From Deltaproteobacteria bacterium (lineage in GTDB: Bacteria; Myxococcota_A; Polyangia; Polyangiales; JADJMO01), in NCBI GenBank assembly GCA_016182965.1, contig JACPFM010000129.1, positions 1,366 to 65,365 on the forward strand: DNA of 64,000 bases. Direction: 5' to 3'. Shown in pieces: positions 43,596 through 53,344 of this stretch (position 1 is its first letter; every line of letters begins with the position of its first letter). The notes under the pieces are model-generated. The model was not told the DNA's origin and made no database searches. It was given only the letters and a program-made list of their open reading frames with translations. A program made the translations under genes and the position numbers.

Positions 43596-43679
43596 GTCAT
43601 GGGTCGCGGGACGGCTGGGGTCAAGCGGGTCCGGGCAAATCGTCTTGGCCGAGCCTGCTTCCTCTGCGATTCTGCGGGG

Positions 43680-44567
43680 ATGCGATGGGCCGCGGCCGGC
43701 CTCGGCGTCATCACCGCGCTCGGGACCGCGTGCGGGTTCCCGACGTACGGGTACGTCGAGGACGGCCTCGATTCGGCGCTCGATTCGGGTGGGCCGGACA
43801 CGGCAGTCGACGGCAGCGAGGAGGCGCCGGCCCCGTTCGACGGCTGCGCGAAGCCGAACGGCTGCGGCGGCTGCGACGACGTCGGCGTCGCCGGCACACG
43901 CTGCGACCCGTGCGGTCAATGGACCTGCGCCGGCACGAAGGTCACCTGCGTCCCCGCGGCCCCCGCGCCGGGCACGACCTGCGGCCGCTGTTCGACCGCG
44001 ACGTACGCGTGCACGGTCACCGGCAAGAGCGAGTGCGCCGTCCCCGACGATCGCCTCGTCTACGAGGACGCGCAGTTCAAGACGAAGACCGACGAGCTGT
44101 GGACGCTCGATCCGCGCAGCGAGGTGATCGTCTCGTTCAAGACCGAGCGCGCGATCGCGTACTTCGACGCGAGCCTCGTGCTCCGGCGCGTGCCGCTGAC
44201 CGGCGTCCCCTCGCCGGTGAGCGGCGACGTCACCTTCACGATCTACGCGGGCAACCCGAAGGACGGGCTCGCCCCGCTCGCGACGACGAAGATGGAGGCG
44301 GCGAGCATCGGCACGACCGCCGAGTTCCGCGCCTTCGCGTTCCCGGAGATCTCGCCGCGCCCGCTCGGGACGTGGCTCTCGATCGGGATCACCACCGACT
44401 CGACGGCGAACACGTTCGAGGTGTACGGCGGCGGCGCGGCGGCGTTCCCGGCGGCGCCCACCGACACCAGCTGGTGGCACCGTGGCCTGTCGCCGACCAC
44501 CACCTGGGCGCAGGAGGCGACCACCGACCTCGCGCACGTGCTGCGCGGAAAGGCCTGTCCGCCGTGA
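43680..44567 (+). CDS. Cys-rich lipoprotein
   Basis: Lipobox GTAC; NGCGGC..CDPCG..CGRC region followed by a beta-rich domain. Confidence 0.7.
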   Translation: MRWAAAGLGVITALGTACGFPTYGYVEDGLDSALDSGGPDTAVDGSEEAPAPFDGCAKPNGCGGCDDVGVAGTRCDPCGQWTCAGTKVTCVPAAPAPGTTCGRCSTATYACTVTGKSECAVPDDRLVYEDAQFKTKTDELWTLDPRSEVIVSFKTERAIAYFDASLVLRRVPLTGVPSPVSGDVTFTIYAGNPKDGLAPLATTKMEAASIGTTAEFRAFAFPEISPRPLGTWLSIGITTDSTANTFEVYGGGAAAFPAAPTDTSWWHRGLSPTTTWAQEATTDLAHVLRGKACPP

Positions 44568-45580
44568 TCGCGCGTCGATCCATCCCGCTGCTGATCGCCG
44601 TCGCGCTGGCGTCTTCGCCGATGTCATGGGCGCCCCGCGCCTCGGCCGAGCCGACGGCCGCGGACCTGTCGGCGGCGCGCAAGAAGTTCGATCGCGCCGT
44701 CGAGCTGGAGAAGGCCGGCGATTTCAAGGCGGCGCTCGCGCTCCTCCGCGACGTGGCCGCGATCAAGCCGACGTCGCAGGTGCGCTTCCACGTCGCGCTC
44801 TGCCTCGAGCGACTCGGCCGGCTCGTCGAGGCGCGCGAGGAGTACCTGCGCGTCAAGGAGGAGGCCGAGACGAAGGAGGGTCCCGAGGGGACGGCGCTCG
44901 CGCAGAAGGCCGGCGATCGCGTGACCGATCTCGACGCGCGCATCCCCAAGGTCACCTTCAGGCTGCCCGAGGACGTGATCAGCGCGAAGGTCTCGATCGA
45001 CGACGGCGCGCCGGTGTCGGTGCTGGTCTCGCCGACCATCCGCCTCGATCCGGGCGAGCACAAGCTGCTCGTGACCTCGCCGGGGCGTCGCAGCTTCTCG
45101 CGCACGGTGATGGTCAAGGAGCGCGACGCGACGTTCACGCTCGACGTCGCGCTGCCGCACGCCGAGGAGGCGCCACCGGAGCAGCCGCCCGCGCCGACCG
45201 AGGCGCCGGTGAGCGCCGGCCCCAAGCGCGTGGTCGACGAGGCGCCGAAGAGCAGCGCGCTGCCGTGGATCATCGGCGGCGTCGGCGTCGCCTCGCTGGC
45301 GACCGCCGGCGTGTTCTACGCGCTGCGCGACTCGGCCATCCACGACCTCGACGCCGCGTGCGGCGCGGGCCGCGAGTCTTGCCCGCGCGCGATGAAATCG
45401 ACCGAAGATCAGGGGCGGCTGTACACGACGACCGCGAACGTCTTCGCCGGCGTCGGCGCGGCGGCGATCGGCACGGCGATCGTGGTGTGGATCACGCAGC
45501 CCTCGTCGAAGCCGCACGCGACGGTGGCGGTCGCCGCGAGCCCGTCGCACGCCGGGTTCACCTTCGTCGCGCCGTTCTGA
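44564..45580 (+). CDS. TPR + PEGA-like exported protein
   Basis: GTGA coupling; TPR-like VRFHVALCLERLGRLVEA; LDPGEH; C-terminal TM segments ending in F. Confidence 0.8.
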   Translation: MIARRSIPLLIAVALASSPMSWAPRASAEPTAADLSAARKKFDRAVELEKAGDFKAALALLRDVAAIKPTSQVRFHVALCLERLGRLVEAREEYLRVKEEAETKEGPEGTALAQKAGDRVTDLDARIPKVTFRLPEDVISAKVSIDDGAPVSVLVSPTIRLDPGEHKLLVTSPGRRSFSRTVMVKERDATFTLDVALPHAEEAPPEQPPAPTEAPVSAGPKRVVDEAPKSSALPWIIGGVGVASLATAGVFYALRDSAIHDLDAACGAGRESCPRAMKSTEDQGRLYTTTANVFAGVGAAAIGTAIVVWITQPSSKPHATVAVAASPSHAGFTFVAPF

Positions 45581-45589
45581 GCCGACGGC

Positions 45590-46348
45590 TCACAGGGTCG
45601 GCTCGATCGACCGGTAGAGGCGCGCGATGCGCTCGGCCCACGCGTGCGCGCCGGAGAGCGTGGCGACGCCGTCCTGCCGGAGCTCGAACGCGGTGTGCAG
45701 GATGCCCCTTCGCACGCCGTGGACCGGGACCGCATAGTCGGTCTCTTCGCTCACCCGATACGGCTCGTTGTCGCCGACCGGCATCGAAGGGTCGTCGGCC
45801 CGCAACGCCGCGAGGAGCGGGTGCGCGAGGCGGGTGTCGCTGCCGTAGAGCATGGAGATGGGCCACGGGCGCGGCGTGCCGTGGAGCGGCTCCGGGGTGA
45901 AGCTGTGGATCGAGATCAGCACCACGTCGCGCCCCTCCCGCGCGCGATCGTCGAGCAGACCGGCGATCGCGGTGTGGTAGGGCCGATGGAAGGTCTCGAC
46001 GCGCGCGGCGCGGGCCGCGTCGTCGAGGCCCTCGTTTCCAGGGATGCGGATGCCCCCGCTGACGATCGGCGTCGCGCTCGGGACGTGCGGCGGGCGGTTC
46101 TCGTCGATGACCAGCCGGGAGTAGCCGGCGAGGATCAGCGTCGCATCGAGCAGCTCGGAGAGGCGCCGCGCCACGTCGGCGGCGCCGATGTCCCAGCCGA
46201 TGTGCGTGAGCAGCTCGTCGCCCGAGATGCCCAGGGTGCCGAGCGCCTCGGGGACGCGGTGCGACGCGTGATCGCAGATCAGCACCACGCGCCCACGGGC
46301 GGAGGGCCGGACGATCTCGTAAGGGGGCGGCTCGTGCGAGCGAAGCAT
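45590..46348 (-). CDS. N-formylglutamate amidohydrolase
   Basis: CDHAS, HIGWDIGA, YSRLVIDENR, SIHSFTP, GDNEPY, ELRQD. Confidence 0.92.
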   Translation of the reverse strand: MLRSHEPPPYEIVRPSARGRVVLICDHASHRVPEALGTLGISGDELLTHIGWDIGAADVARRLSELLDATLILAGYSRLVIDENRPPHVPSATPIVSGGIRIPGNEGLDDAARAARVETFHRPYHTAIAGLLDDRAREGRDVVLISIHSFTPEPLHGTPRPWPISMLYGSDTRLAHPLLAALRADDPSMPVGDNEPYRVSEETDYAVPVHGVRRGILHTAFELRQDGVATLSGAHAWAERIARLYRSIEPTL

Positions 46349-46403
46349 GGGCGCGAAGCTTGACCCGAAAGGACGCCTCTGTCATGCCGACGCCGAACGG
46401 CGC

Positions 46404-47698
46404 TCACGGGCACGCGCGCACGCGCACGACGCTCAGCTTCCCGCCCTCGACGGCGGCCCACGCGGTGTGACCGCCGGCGACTCCGATGAAGTCGTGCTCC
46501 GGCCACGGAGCGGTCACCGTCTCGGGCGCGCCGGCGGCGGCGCCGGTCGAGTCGACGCGCTGGAGCTTCTTCTGTCCACCGGCCGTCCAGCCGGCGAGCC
46601 ACGCGCCGCCGAAGCGCGCGAGGTGCAACGAGGATTCGTCCTCGGGCGTGGTGGTGAGCCACGTCGCCGACGCTTTGCCGCCGGCGATGCGCACGACCTT
46701 CACGTCGAGCGAGGTGCGCCCCTCCCTCGACAGCACCGCCGCGACGAAGCCGCTCGCGTCGCCGCCGACGCCGCCGAGCCGCGCGCTCGAACCGCCGGCG
46801 CAGTTCCCGCTCGGCTCGTCGGAGACGACGGTCTCGTTGTGGTTGAGCATGATCGCCTTCTGCGGGTAGCAGTCCGACAGGCACAGCGCGCCGACGCGGC
46901 TGCCCGACGTCAACCGCTGATCGAGGCTGTGGCTGCAGCCCCAGCCCCAGCCCGCGCCCACGGGGTTCCCCGAGCCGTCGAACAGGCGCAGCGTGTCGCC
47001 TTGATGGCCGATGCCGTCGGGCCAACGGCGGTGGAGCGCGAAGTATGCGGCGAAGCCGGTCGGCGTGGCGACGAGCCGCCCGGACTCGGCGAACTCGCCG
47101 AACCACTCGGTGCCGACCTTGGCGTGATCGCCGCCGCCGATCAGGTTCTGCGTGTTGACCACGGCGCCGGCCGCGTTGGTGCGGAGGAGCGTCATGTAGT
47201 CGGGCGCGCGGCTCACGAGGACCGCGAACCCTCGGAGCCCGCCGCCACGCCGTAGACGTCCGACGCGTCGATCGGAACGTCCACTCCGGCGCGCGCGCCG
47301 GTCGCGTCGAGCGGGGTGACGCGGAAGCCGGCGGCGCTCCGCCACGCGACGACGAGACCGCCGGGGCGCTCGGCGAGGATCGCGCCGCCGATCGGCGCCG
47401 CGTCGGCGACGGTGGCGGTGACGATCGCCGCGGCGAGCGAGCCTCCGCCGAAGGCGCACTCGCCCGTCCCGAAGTCGGCGGGCGCGCCGTCGAACGGCGC
47501 CGACGTGTCGGCCGGTGGCGACGTGCCGTCGCTCGATGCGTCAGGCGACGTCGCATCGGTCGACTCGATCGGCGCGTCGCTCACCGCGGTGGAATCGGCC
47601 GGCGCGACCGCCGCGTCGTCTTCGGTCGCGACGTCGCCGAGCTCGCCGTCGACGCACCCGGACGCGCAGAGCAGCAGCGCGCCGAGCCACCTGGTCAC
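46404..47698 (-). pseudogene. Lipoprotein split by a 1-nt frameshift near 47228 (pseudogene or sequencing error)
   Basis: GTG start TRWLGALLLCASGC..YGVAAGSEG then a stop at 47213; protein-like sequence resumes in another frame as GFAVLVSRAPDY..to 46404. Confidence 0.7.
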
Positions 47699-48471
47699 GA
47701 CCCGCCGTCCTTCGGCGCCACGCGCACGGTGATCTTGTCGATCTCGAACGTCTGCGGCTCGGGGCGCTCGCTCACGAGGTGGAGGAAGGCCTTGGCGGCG
47801 AGGCCCGGGACCGTCGCGCGGCCGCCACCCTCGTACCAGTTGCCGTCGGCCTTGAATCCGGTCATCGGCACCGCGACGAGCGCGCCCACCGGGGCGCCGG
47901 CGGAGTCGTAGAAGTAGAGGTTGAACGCGGGCGCGCGCGAGACGCCGGAGACCCACCGCGCGGCCATCGTCATCTCGAGCTCGGTGCCGCCGGCGAGCGG
48001 CGCGGGGAAGACGACCTCCTGCCGCACGTCGCCGTAGCCTTCGCTGACGAAGCGGGCCGCCGACGCGCAGTGGTACGGGCCGATGGTGGTGCGCGTGATC
48101 GGGCCCAACCACGACACGGCGGAGGCCCCCGACCACGCCTCGAACGAGGCGTTGCTCACGAGGTTGTCGGGGGCGTCGGTGCAGCCTCCGGTGTCGGCGT
48201 CGCTCGAAGTGTCGGCGGTCGAAGTGTCGGCGGTCGAAGTGTCGGCGGTCGAGCTGTCGGCGGTCGAGGTGTCGGCGATCGAAGTGTCGGCGGTCGAAGT
48301 GTCGGCGCCGGCGTCGGCGGCGGCGTCGGCAGAGGAAGCCTCGGCTTCCGGGGCGGCGTCGTCGACCGCGGCATCGACGTCTTGCACGGCGGCGTCGCCG
48401 GTCGTCGCCTCGACCTGCTCGCCGCGACAACCCACCCAGAGGAGGAGAGCCGACGCCCACGCCCACCGCAT
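47695..48471 (-). CDS. Lipoprotein with TADTS repeats and a CBM-like domain
   Basis: Lipobox WVGC; NLVSNASFEAW..FEIDKITV galactose-binding-like fold. Confidence 0.7.
   Translation of the reverse strand: MRWAWASALLLWVGCRGEQVEATTGDAAVQDVDAAVDDAAPEAEASSADAAADAGADTSTADTSIADTSTADSSTADTSTADTSTADTSSDADTGGCTDAPDNLVSNASFEAWSGASAVSWLGPITRTTIGPYHCASAARFVSEGYGDVRQEVVFPAPLAGGTELEMTMAARWVSGVSRAPAFNLYFYDSAGAPVGALVAVPMTGFKADGNWYEGGGRATVPGLAAKAFLHLVSERPEPQTFEIDKITVRVAPKDGGS
48206..48310 (-). repeat. Coding 15-bp tandem repeat (about 7 units, TADTS)
   Basis: GAAGTGTCGGCGGTC units read directly. Confidence 0.9.
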
Positions 48472-48608
48472 CGCCCGACGATATCAGTCGGGCGCGCGGA
48501 CGCGACGGGTGGCGTGGGACGGCCGCGAGATTTCGACGGTCCCTCGAGGCCGACCGGCTGCGACCCTTCGCCGGCGAACGCCGATCTCCCGTGGCAGACT
48601 GTCCGGGG

Positions 48609-49205
48609 ATGAGCCGCGCGTACCGCGAAGGCGCTCGAGTGTCCCGGCGCGACGTCCCGGAGCGGCTCGAGTGCTGGCTGCAGGACGGCGATCGGCCTCG
48701 CTGGGTGCGCGCGGTGTACGTGAAGGCGTGGGTCACCATCATCGCGTGCGCGACGCTCTGGTCGTGGGACCTGCGCTGGCCGGCGCTCGCCGCCGCGGCG
48801 CTCGGGGTGGTGTGGGCGTCCCGCGACTTCCGGCAGCGGCGCGGAGTTTGCCTCGTGCTCCAGGTCCACGGCGATCGGGTGCGCGTCGAGCGCAAGGCCG
48901 GCGGGCCGGTCGAGGTCGATCTCGACGAGCTGCACGACGTCCGGCTCGACACCAAGAGCACGTCGAAGAACCTCACCGTCGCCCGCGCCGACGGGGTGAA
49001 CTCGGTGTTCGGCGCGGCCTCGGCGCACGACATCGTCGTCGACGTCTCGCGCATCGAGCTGGTGCTCGAGGGCGACGACGTCGTGCTCGACCCGGAGTAC
49101 ATCAACCACTCGCTCTGCTCCGAGGCGCTGCGCACGATCCGGCTGTTCTTGCGGGCGCACGGGTGGAAGCCCTTCGACGAGCGCACCGCGACCGTCTCTT
49201 CGTGA
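48609..49205 (+). CDS. Hypothetical membrane protein
   Basis: Two TM segments; C-terminal FLRAHGWKPFDER. Confidence 0.65.
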   Translation: MSRAYREGARVSRRDVPERLECWLQDGDRPRWVRAVYVKAWVTIIACATLWSWDLRWPALAAAALGVVWASRDFRQRRGVCLVLQVHGDRVRVERKAGGPVEVDLDELHDVRLDTKSTSKNLTVARADGVNSVFGAASAHDIVVDVSRIELVLEGDDVVLDPEYINHSLCSEALRTIRLFLRAHGWKPFDERTATVSS

Positions 49206-49261
49206 CGGGCCACTGCGCGCCACGTCTCCTTGCAGTCCTTGCGCGGGGAGCCGTCGAGCCT

Positions 49262-49306
49262 GGTCGAAGGTCGAACGGTCGAAGGTCGAACGGTCGAAGG
49301 TCGAAC
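49262..49306. repeat. (GGTCGAAGGTCGAAC)x3 tandem repeat
   Basis: Read directly; same heptamer as at 34241. Confidence 0.9.
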
Positions 49307-49433
49307 CAGAGGCCGAGCCCCTGGAACCCCACGGAGATTGGCTCTCGAATCGACCTTCACCTCCGACCCCGGAACCGCGCCAGCAAGGCGCCCGTCCTCT
49401 CTCTCTCCCTCTCTCCCTCTCCCTCTCTCTCGG

Positions 49434-49527
49434 CTGACGACTGACGACTGACGACTGACGACTGACGACTGACGACTGGACTGACGACTGACGACTGACG
49501 ACTGGACTGACGACTGACGACTGACGA
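49434..49527. repeat. (CTGACGA)n heptamer array: 6+3+3 units interrupted twice by CTGGA
   Basis: Read directly; preceded by a CT-only tract at about 49395-49431. Confidence 0.95.
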
Positions 49528-49541
49528 CCGGCCTCAGGGCC

Positions 49542-50153
49542 TCAGGCGCGCTTGCCGATCCCGCGGAACAGCACCTCGAGGAGCTGGTTCGCGAGCGGCT
49601 CGCCCGCAGGGAACGCGGCGAACGCGGGCATGCGCTCGGCGGCCACGCGACGCATGATCTGCGGCGCGATGCCGAGCGCGAACGTGGAGAACATCAAGAT
49701 GGGCAGCGGTACGTCGTCGACGATCTCGCCCGCTGCGACCCCCTGGGCGAGCGTGGCGAGGATCAACGGCAGGTGACCGCGCGCGAAGCGCGCCATGACG
49801 CGTTCGAGGCGGGTCGACGATAGGAGCGCCTCGCGCACCACCAGCCGGACAACGTCGAGCTCGAGATCGCTGAGCGCGCCGAGGCGCACGTACATGCGCC
49901 GCAGCCGCTCCTTGGTGTCGTGCTCCGTCGTCAGGACCTGCTCGAGCTCGCGGAGCAGCGCGGCGTAGACCTCCTCGACCACCTCGAGGAACAGATCGTC
50001 CTTGGTGGGGAAGTAGTAGTAGATCATCCCCACGCTGGTGTTGGCGTCGCGCGCGATGGTGCGGAGCGACGCGCCGTCGACGCCTTCGACGAGGAAGCGC
50101 GCGCGGGCCGCGTGCACGATGCGCGGGGCGATGTCGCTGCGAGGGCGCGCCAT
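49542..50153 (-). CDS. TetR/AcrR family regulator
   Basis: MARPRSD..ASLRTIARDANTSVGMIYYYFPTKDDL; TGATG coupling. Confidence 0.92.
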   Translation of the reverse strand: MARPRSDIAPRIVHAARARFLVEGVDGASLRTIARDANTSVGMIYYYFPTKDDLFLEVVEEVYAALLRELEQVLTTEHDTKERLRRMYVRLGALSDLELDVVRLVVREALLSSTRLERVMARFARGHLPLILATLAQGVAAGEIVDDVPLPILMFSTFALGIAPQIMRRVAAERMPAFAAFPAGEPLANQLLEVLFRGIGKRA

Positions 50154-51286
50154 CAGACGAGCTTCTTGGTGAAGCGCGCCGATGCGAACAGCACCAGCGC
50201 GACGAGGATGGCGGCCATCGCGACCAGCTGCGGCGCGAGATCGGCGAACACGCTGCCCTTGAGCACGATGCCGCGCACCACGCGGAGGAAGTGCGTGAGC
50301 GGGAGCCCCAGCGCGAGGATCTGCGCCGGGCGCGGCATCGCCTCGAAGGGGAACATGAACCCGCTGAGGAGGATGTTCGGGAGCAGGAAGAAGAACGACA
50401 TCTGCATCGCCTGCTGCTGCGTCCTCGCCAGCGTGGAGAAGAACAGCCCGATGGCGAGGTTCGCGGCGATGAACAGCGACGCCAGCCCGTAGAGCAGCCC
50501 GATCGATCCACGGATCGGCACGTCGAAGATCAGCCAGCCGACCAGCAGGATGAGGCTCATCTGCACGTAGCCGATGGCCACGTAGGGGACGATCTTCCCG
50601 ATCACCAGCCCGAGCTTCCGCACCGGCGACACGATCAGCTGCTCGAGGGTGCCGCGCTCTCGCTCGCGCGCGAGCGCCATCGCGGTGAGCATCACCATGG
50701 TCATCGTCAAGATGACGCCGACCAGCCCGGGCACGATGAACACCGCCGTGCGCAGATCGGGGTTGTACCAGGTGTTCGGCTCGAGCTCGATCGGCATGGC
50801 GACGCCGCCGGCGCCCGCCCTCTGCAGCTTCGTGACGAGCAGCGTGCTCGAGCGCGCGGTGACCATCGACGCGGCGGTGTTGGTGGCGCTGGCCACCACC
50901 TGCGGATCCGAGCCGTCGACGACCAGCTGCACGTGCGCGGTGCGCCCGCGCACCAGGTCCGACGCGTAGTTCGGCGGGATGATCAGGGCGACGCGCGCCT
51001 TGCTCGATCGGAGGCTCCGCTGGATCTCGTCGTAGTCGGAGACGTGCCCCACCAGATCGTAGAAGCCGGTCGCCTCCAGGCTGTGGGCGAGATCCCGCGA
51101 GGCGGCGCTGCCGTCCTGGTCGTACACCACCGTCGGGATGTGGCGCACGTCGGTGTTGATCGCGTAGCCGAAGAGGGTCAGCTGCACGATCGGCAGCATG
51201 AACATCATCGCCATGGTGAGCCGATCGCGCCGGAGCTGGAGCAGCTCCTTCCACGCGATGACCAGGGTGCGCAGGATGCCGGTCAT
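50153..51286 (-). CDS. ABC-2 type permease (YbhS/YbhR-like)
   Basis: KELLQLRRD, LFGYAIN, WYNPDL, ARERERGTLEQL, LSGFMFP. Confidence 0.93.
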   Translation of the reverse strand: MTGILRTLVIAWKELLQLRRDRLTMAMMFMLPIVQLTLFGYAINTDVRHIPTVVYDQDGSAASRDLAHSLEATGFYDLVGHVSDYDEIQRSLRSSKARVALIIPPNYASDLVRGRTAHVQLVVDGSDPQVVASATNTAASMVTARSSTLLVTKLQRAGAGGVAMPIELEPNTWYNPDLRTAVFIVPGLVGVILTMTMVMLTAMALARERERGTLEQLIVSPVRKLGLVIGKIVPYVAIGYVQMSLILLVGWLIFDVPIRGSIGLLYGLASLFIAANLAIGLFFSTLARTQQQAMQMSFFFLLPNILLSGFMFPFEAMPRPAQILALGLPLTHFLRVVRGIVLKGSVFADLAPQLVAMAAILVALVLFASARFTKKLV

Positions 51287-52233
51287 GCGGCCTCCGCTTC
51301 GGCGCGCACCATCGCCACGAACGCGTCCTCCACCGTCACGCGCGACCGGCGCAGCGAGTCGACGGCGACGCCGCCACCCTCGAGCACCTCGCGCACGATC
51401 CGCTCTGGATCGGCGCCGCCGCGCACGGCGACGCGGAGCGTGTGTCCGTAGTGGGCGACCTCCTCCACCTCGGGTCGCGTGCGCAGCAGCGCGGCGGCGT
51501 CGGTCGCGCGCTCGACCTCGAGCTCGGCGACCTGCAGGTGGCGACGCGCGACGATCTCGTCGGGCGTGCCGACGTCGAGCAGCGTGCCGCGGAAGATGAA
51601 CGACAGACGGTGGCAGCGCTCCGCCTCGTCCATGTAGTGGGTGGTCAGCAGCACCGTGGTGCCCTGGCTGGCGATGGCGTGGATCTGCTCCCAGAAATCG
51701 CGCCGGCTCACCGGATCGACGCCCGCGGTGGGCTCGTCGAGGAACAACAACGGCGGCTCGTGGATGGTCGCGCACGCCAGGGCGACCCGCTGCTTCCAGC
51801 CGCCGGAGAGCGTCCCGGCGAGCTGATCCTTCCGCTGTTCGAGGCCGGACGAAGAGAGCACCGCGTCGACGCGCGCCTTGCGCTTCTTCCACGCCACGCC
51901 GTAGATGCCCGCGTAGAAGCGGAGGTTCTCGATGACCGAGAGGTCCTCGTAGAGCGAGAACCGCTGGGTCATGTAGCCGATGCGCTGCTTGATCTTCTCG
52001 GCGTCGCGCGCGATGTCGTAGCCGACGACGGTCCCGCGACCGCCGGTCGGATCGAGGATGCCGCACAGCATGCGGATGGTCGTCGACTTGCCGGCGCCGT
52101 TCGGGCCGAGCACGCCGAAGATCTCGCCGCGCTGCACCGACAGCGAGACGTCGCGCACGGCGACGAGGCTGCCGAAGTGCCGCGACAGGTGCTCGGTCTC
52201 GACGATGGCCGTCGTCTGCGCGGGCGCGCTCAT
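51283..52233 (-). CDS. ABC transporter ATP-binding protein (YbhF-like)
   Basis: GPNGAGKST, LSGGWKQR, DEPTAGVDP, TTHYMDEAE. Confidence 0.94.
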   Translation of the reverse strand: MSAPAQTTAIVETEHLSRHFGSLVAVRDVSLSVQRGEIFGVLGPNGAGKSTTIRMLCGILDPTGGRGTVVGYDIARDAEKIKQRIGYMTQRFSLYEDLSVIENLRFYAGIYGVAWKKRKARVDAVLSSSGLEQRKDQLAGTLSGGWKQRVALACATIHEPPLLFLDEPTAGVDPVSRRDFWEQIHAIASQGTTVLLTTHYMDEAERCHRLSFIFRGTLLDVGTPDEIVARRHLQVAELEVERATDAAALLRTRPEVEEVAHYGHTLRVAVRGGADPERIVREVLEGGGVAVDSLRRSRVTVEDAFVAMVRAEAEAA

Positions 52234-53219
52234 TTCGCGATCCCCACGAAGGCCGGGACGCCGGCGTGCAACTTGCGTTCGGGATCGTCGATGCGCACGC
52301 GCACGCGCACGACGAGGTTCGGCCGTTCGCGCTCGCTGAAGAGGAAGCGGGGGGTGAACTCGGTCCGCCGCGCGACGTGCTCCACCGAGCCGGTGAAGGT
52401 CTGCCCGGTCGCGTCGGTGCGCACGGTGGCCTTCGCGCCGACGACCACGCCGGCGATCTCGCCCTGCGGCACGAACACGTCGACGTACGGGTGGGCGGTG
52501 TCGGCGAGCGTGGCGACGGGCGCGCCGGCGCCGGCGAGCTCGCCCGGATCGACGTGCACGTCGAGGATCGTCCCCGCGACCTTCGCCTCCACCGTGTACT
52601 TCGCGAGCTTCTCGGTCTCGAGACCGACCGCGACGCCGGCGGTCGCGATGCGCGCCTTCACGCGCGCCAGCTCCTCCGGGCGCGCGCCGTGGACGAGCCC
52701 GGAGAGCTGGCTCTCGAGCGCGCGACGCTCGCTGCCGGCGCGCGCGAGATCGCTGTCGATCTTCTCGAGATCGGCGAAGGCGAACGTGCCCTTGTCGAAG
52801 AGGCCGTGCGCGCGATCGGAGGACTTCTTCAGCAGCTCCTCCGCCGTCTTCGCAGACTTCACGCGCGCGGCGAGCGCGCCGACGTCCTCCTTGCGCGCGC
52901 CGGCCTCGAGGAGCGCGAGATCGGCCTCGGCGACCTTGACCTCGGACGCGCGCGCGTCGCGCGCGAGCTTTTGCAGCGCGTCGTCGAGGCGCGCGAGCAC
53001 GTCGCCCGACTTGACGGTGTCGCCCTCCTTCACGCGCACCTCGAGGATCCGGCCGGGGACCTCGAAGGAGACGACCCGTTCGTCGTACTCGACGACGCCC
53101 TGGTAGCCGGGCGGGACCGCCCGGTTCGTCTTGCAGCCGGCGGTGGCGAGCGGGGCAGCGAGCGCGACCGCAAGACACAGACGCAGCGAGAAATCGCGTG
53201 CGGCGGCATTCTTTACCAT
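52230..53219 (-). CDS. HlyD/YbhG-like periplasmic adaptor
   Basis: VKEGDTVKSGDVLARLD, EFTP, LVVRVRV. Confidence 0.88.
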   Translation of the reverse strand: MVKNAAARDFSLRLCLAVALAAPLATAGCKTNRAVPPGYQGVVEYDERVVSFEVPGRILEVRVKEGDTVKSGDVLARLDDALQKLARDARASEVKVAEADLALLEAGARKEDVGALAARVKSAKTAEELLKKSSDRAHGLFDKGTFAFADLEKIDSDLARAGSERRALESQLSGLVHGARPEELARVKARIATAGVAVGLETEKLAKYTVEAKVAGTILDVHVDPGELAGAGAPVATLADTAHPYVDVFVPQGEIAGVVVGAKATVRTDATGQTFTGSVEHVARRTEFTPRFLFSERERPNLVVRVRVRIDDPERKLHAGVPAFVGIAK

Positions 53220-53305
53220 GCGTCTGATAATGATGCCGAGAGGCGCCGGGCGCAATGGCCTCGGCGGTCGATTGATAATGCTAGCGCCGAGTCAAGAGCA
53301 GGATT

Positions 53306-53326
53306 CCCCCGGACTGAAGTCCGGGA
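53306..53326 (-). repeat. REP-like palindrome (reverse-complement copy of 31200-31220)
   Basis: CCCCCGGACTGAAGTCCGGGA. Confidence 0.75.
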
Positions 53327-53344
53327 GCATTCTCCGAGAGACCT

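Noticed and set aside
49262-49527. Possible CRISPR array
   Set aside because: The units are 7-15 bp tandem repeats without unique spacers, and no cas genes are present.
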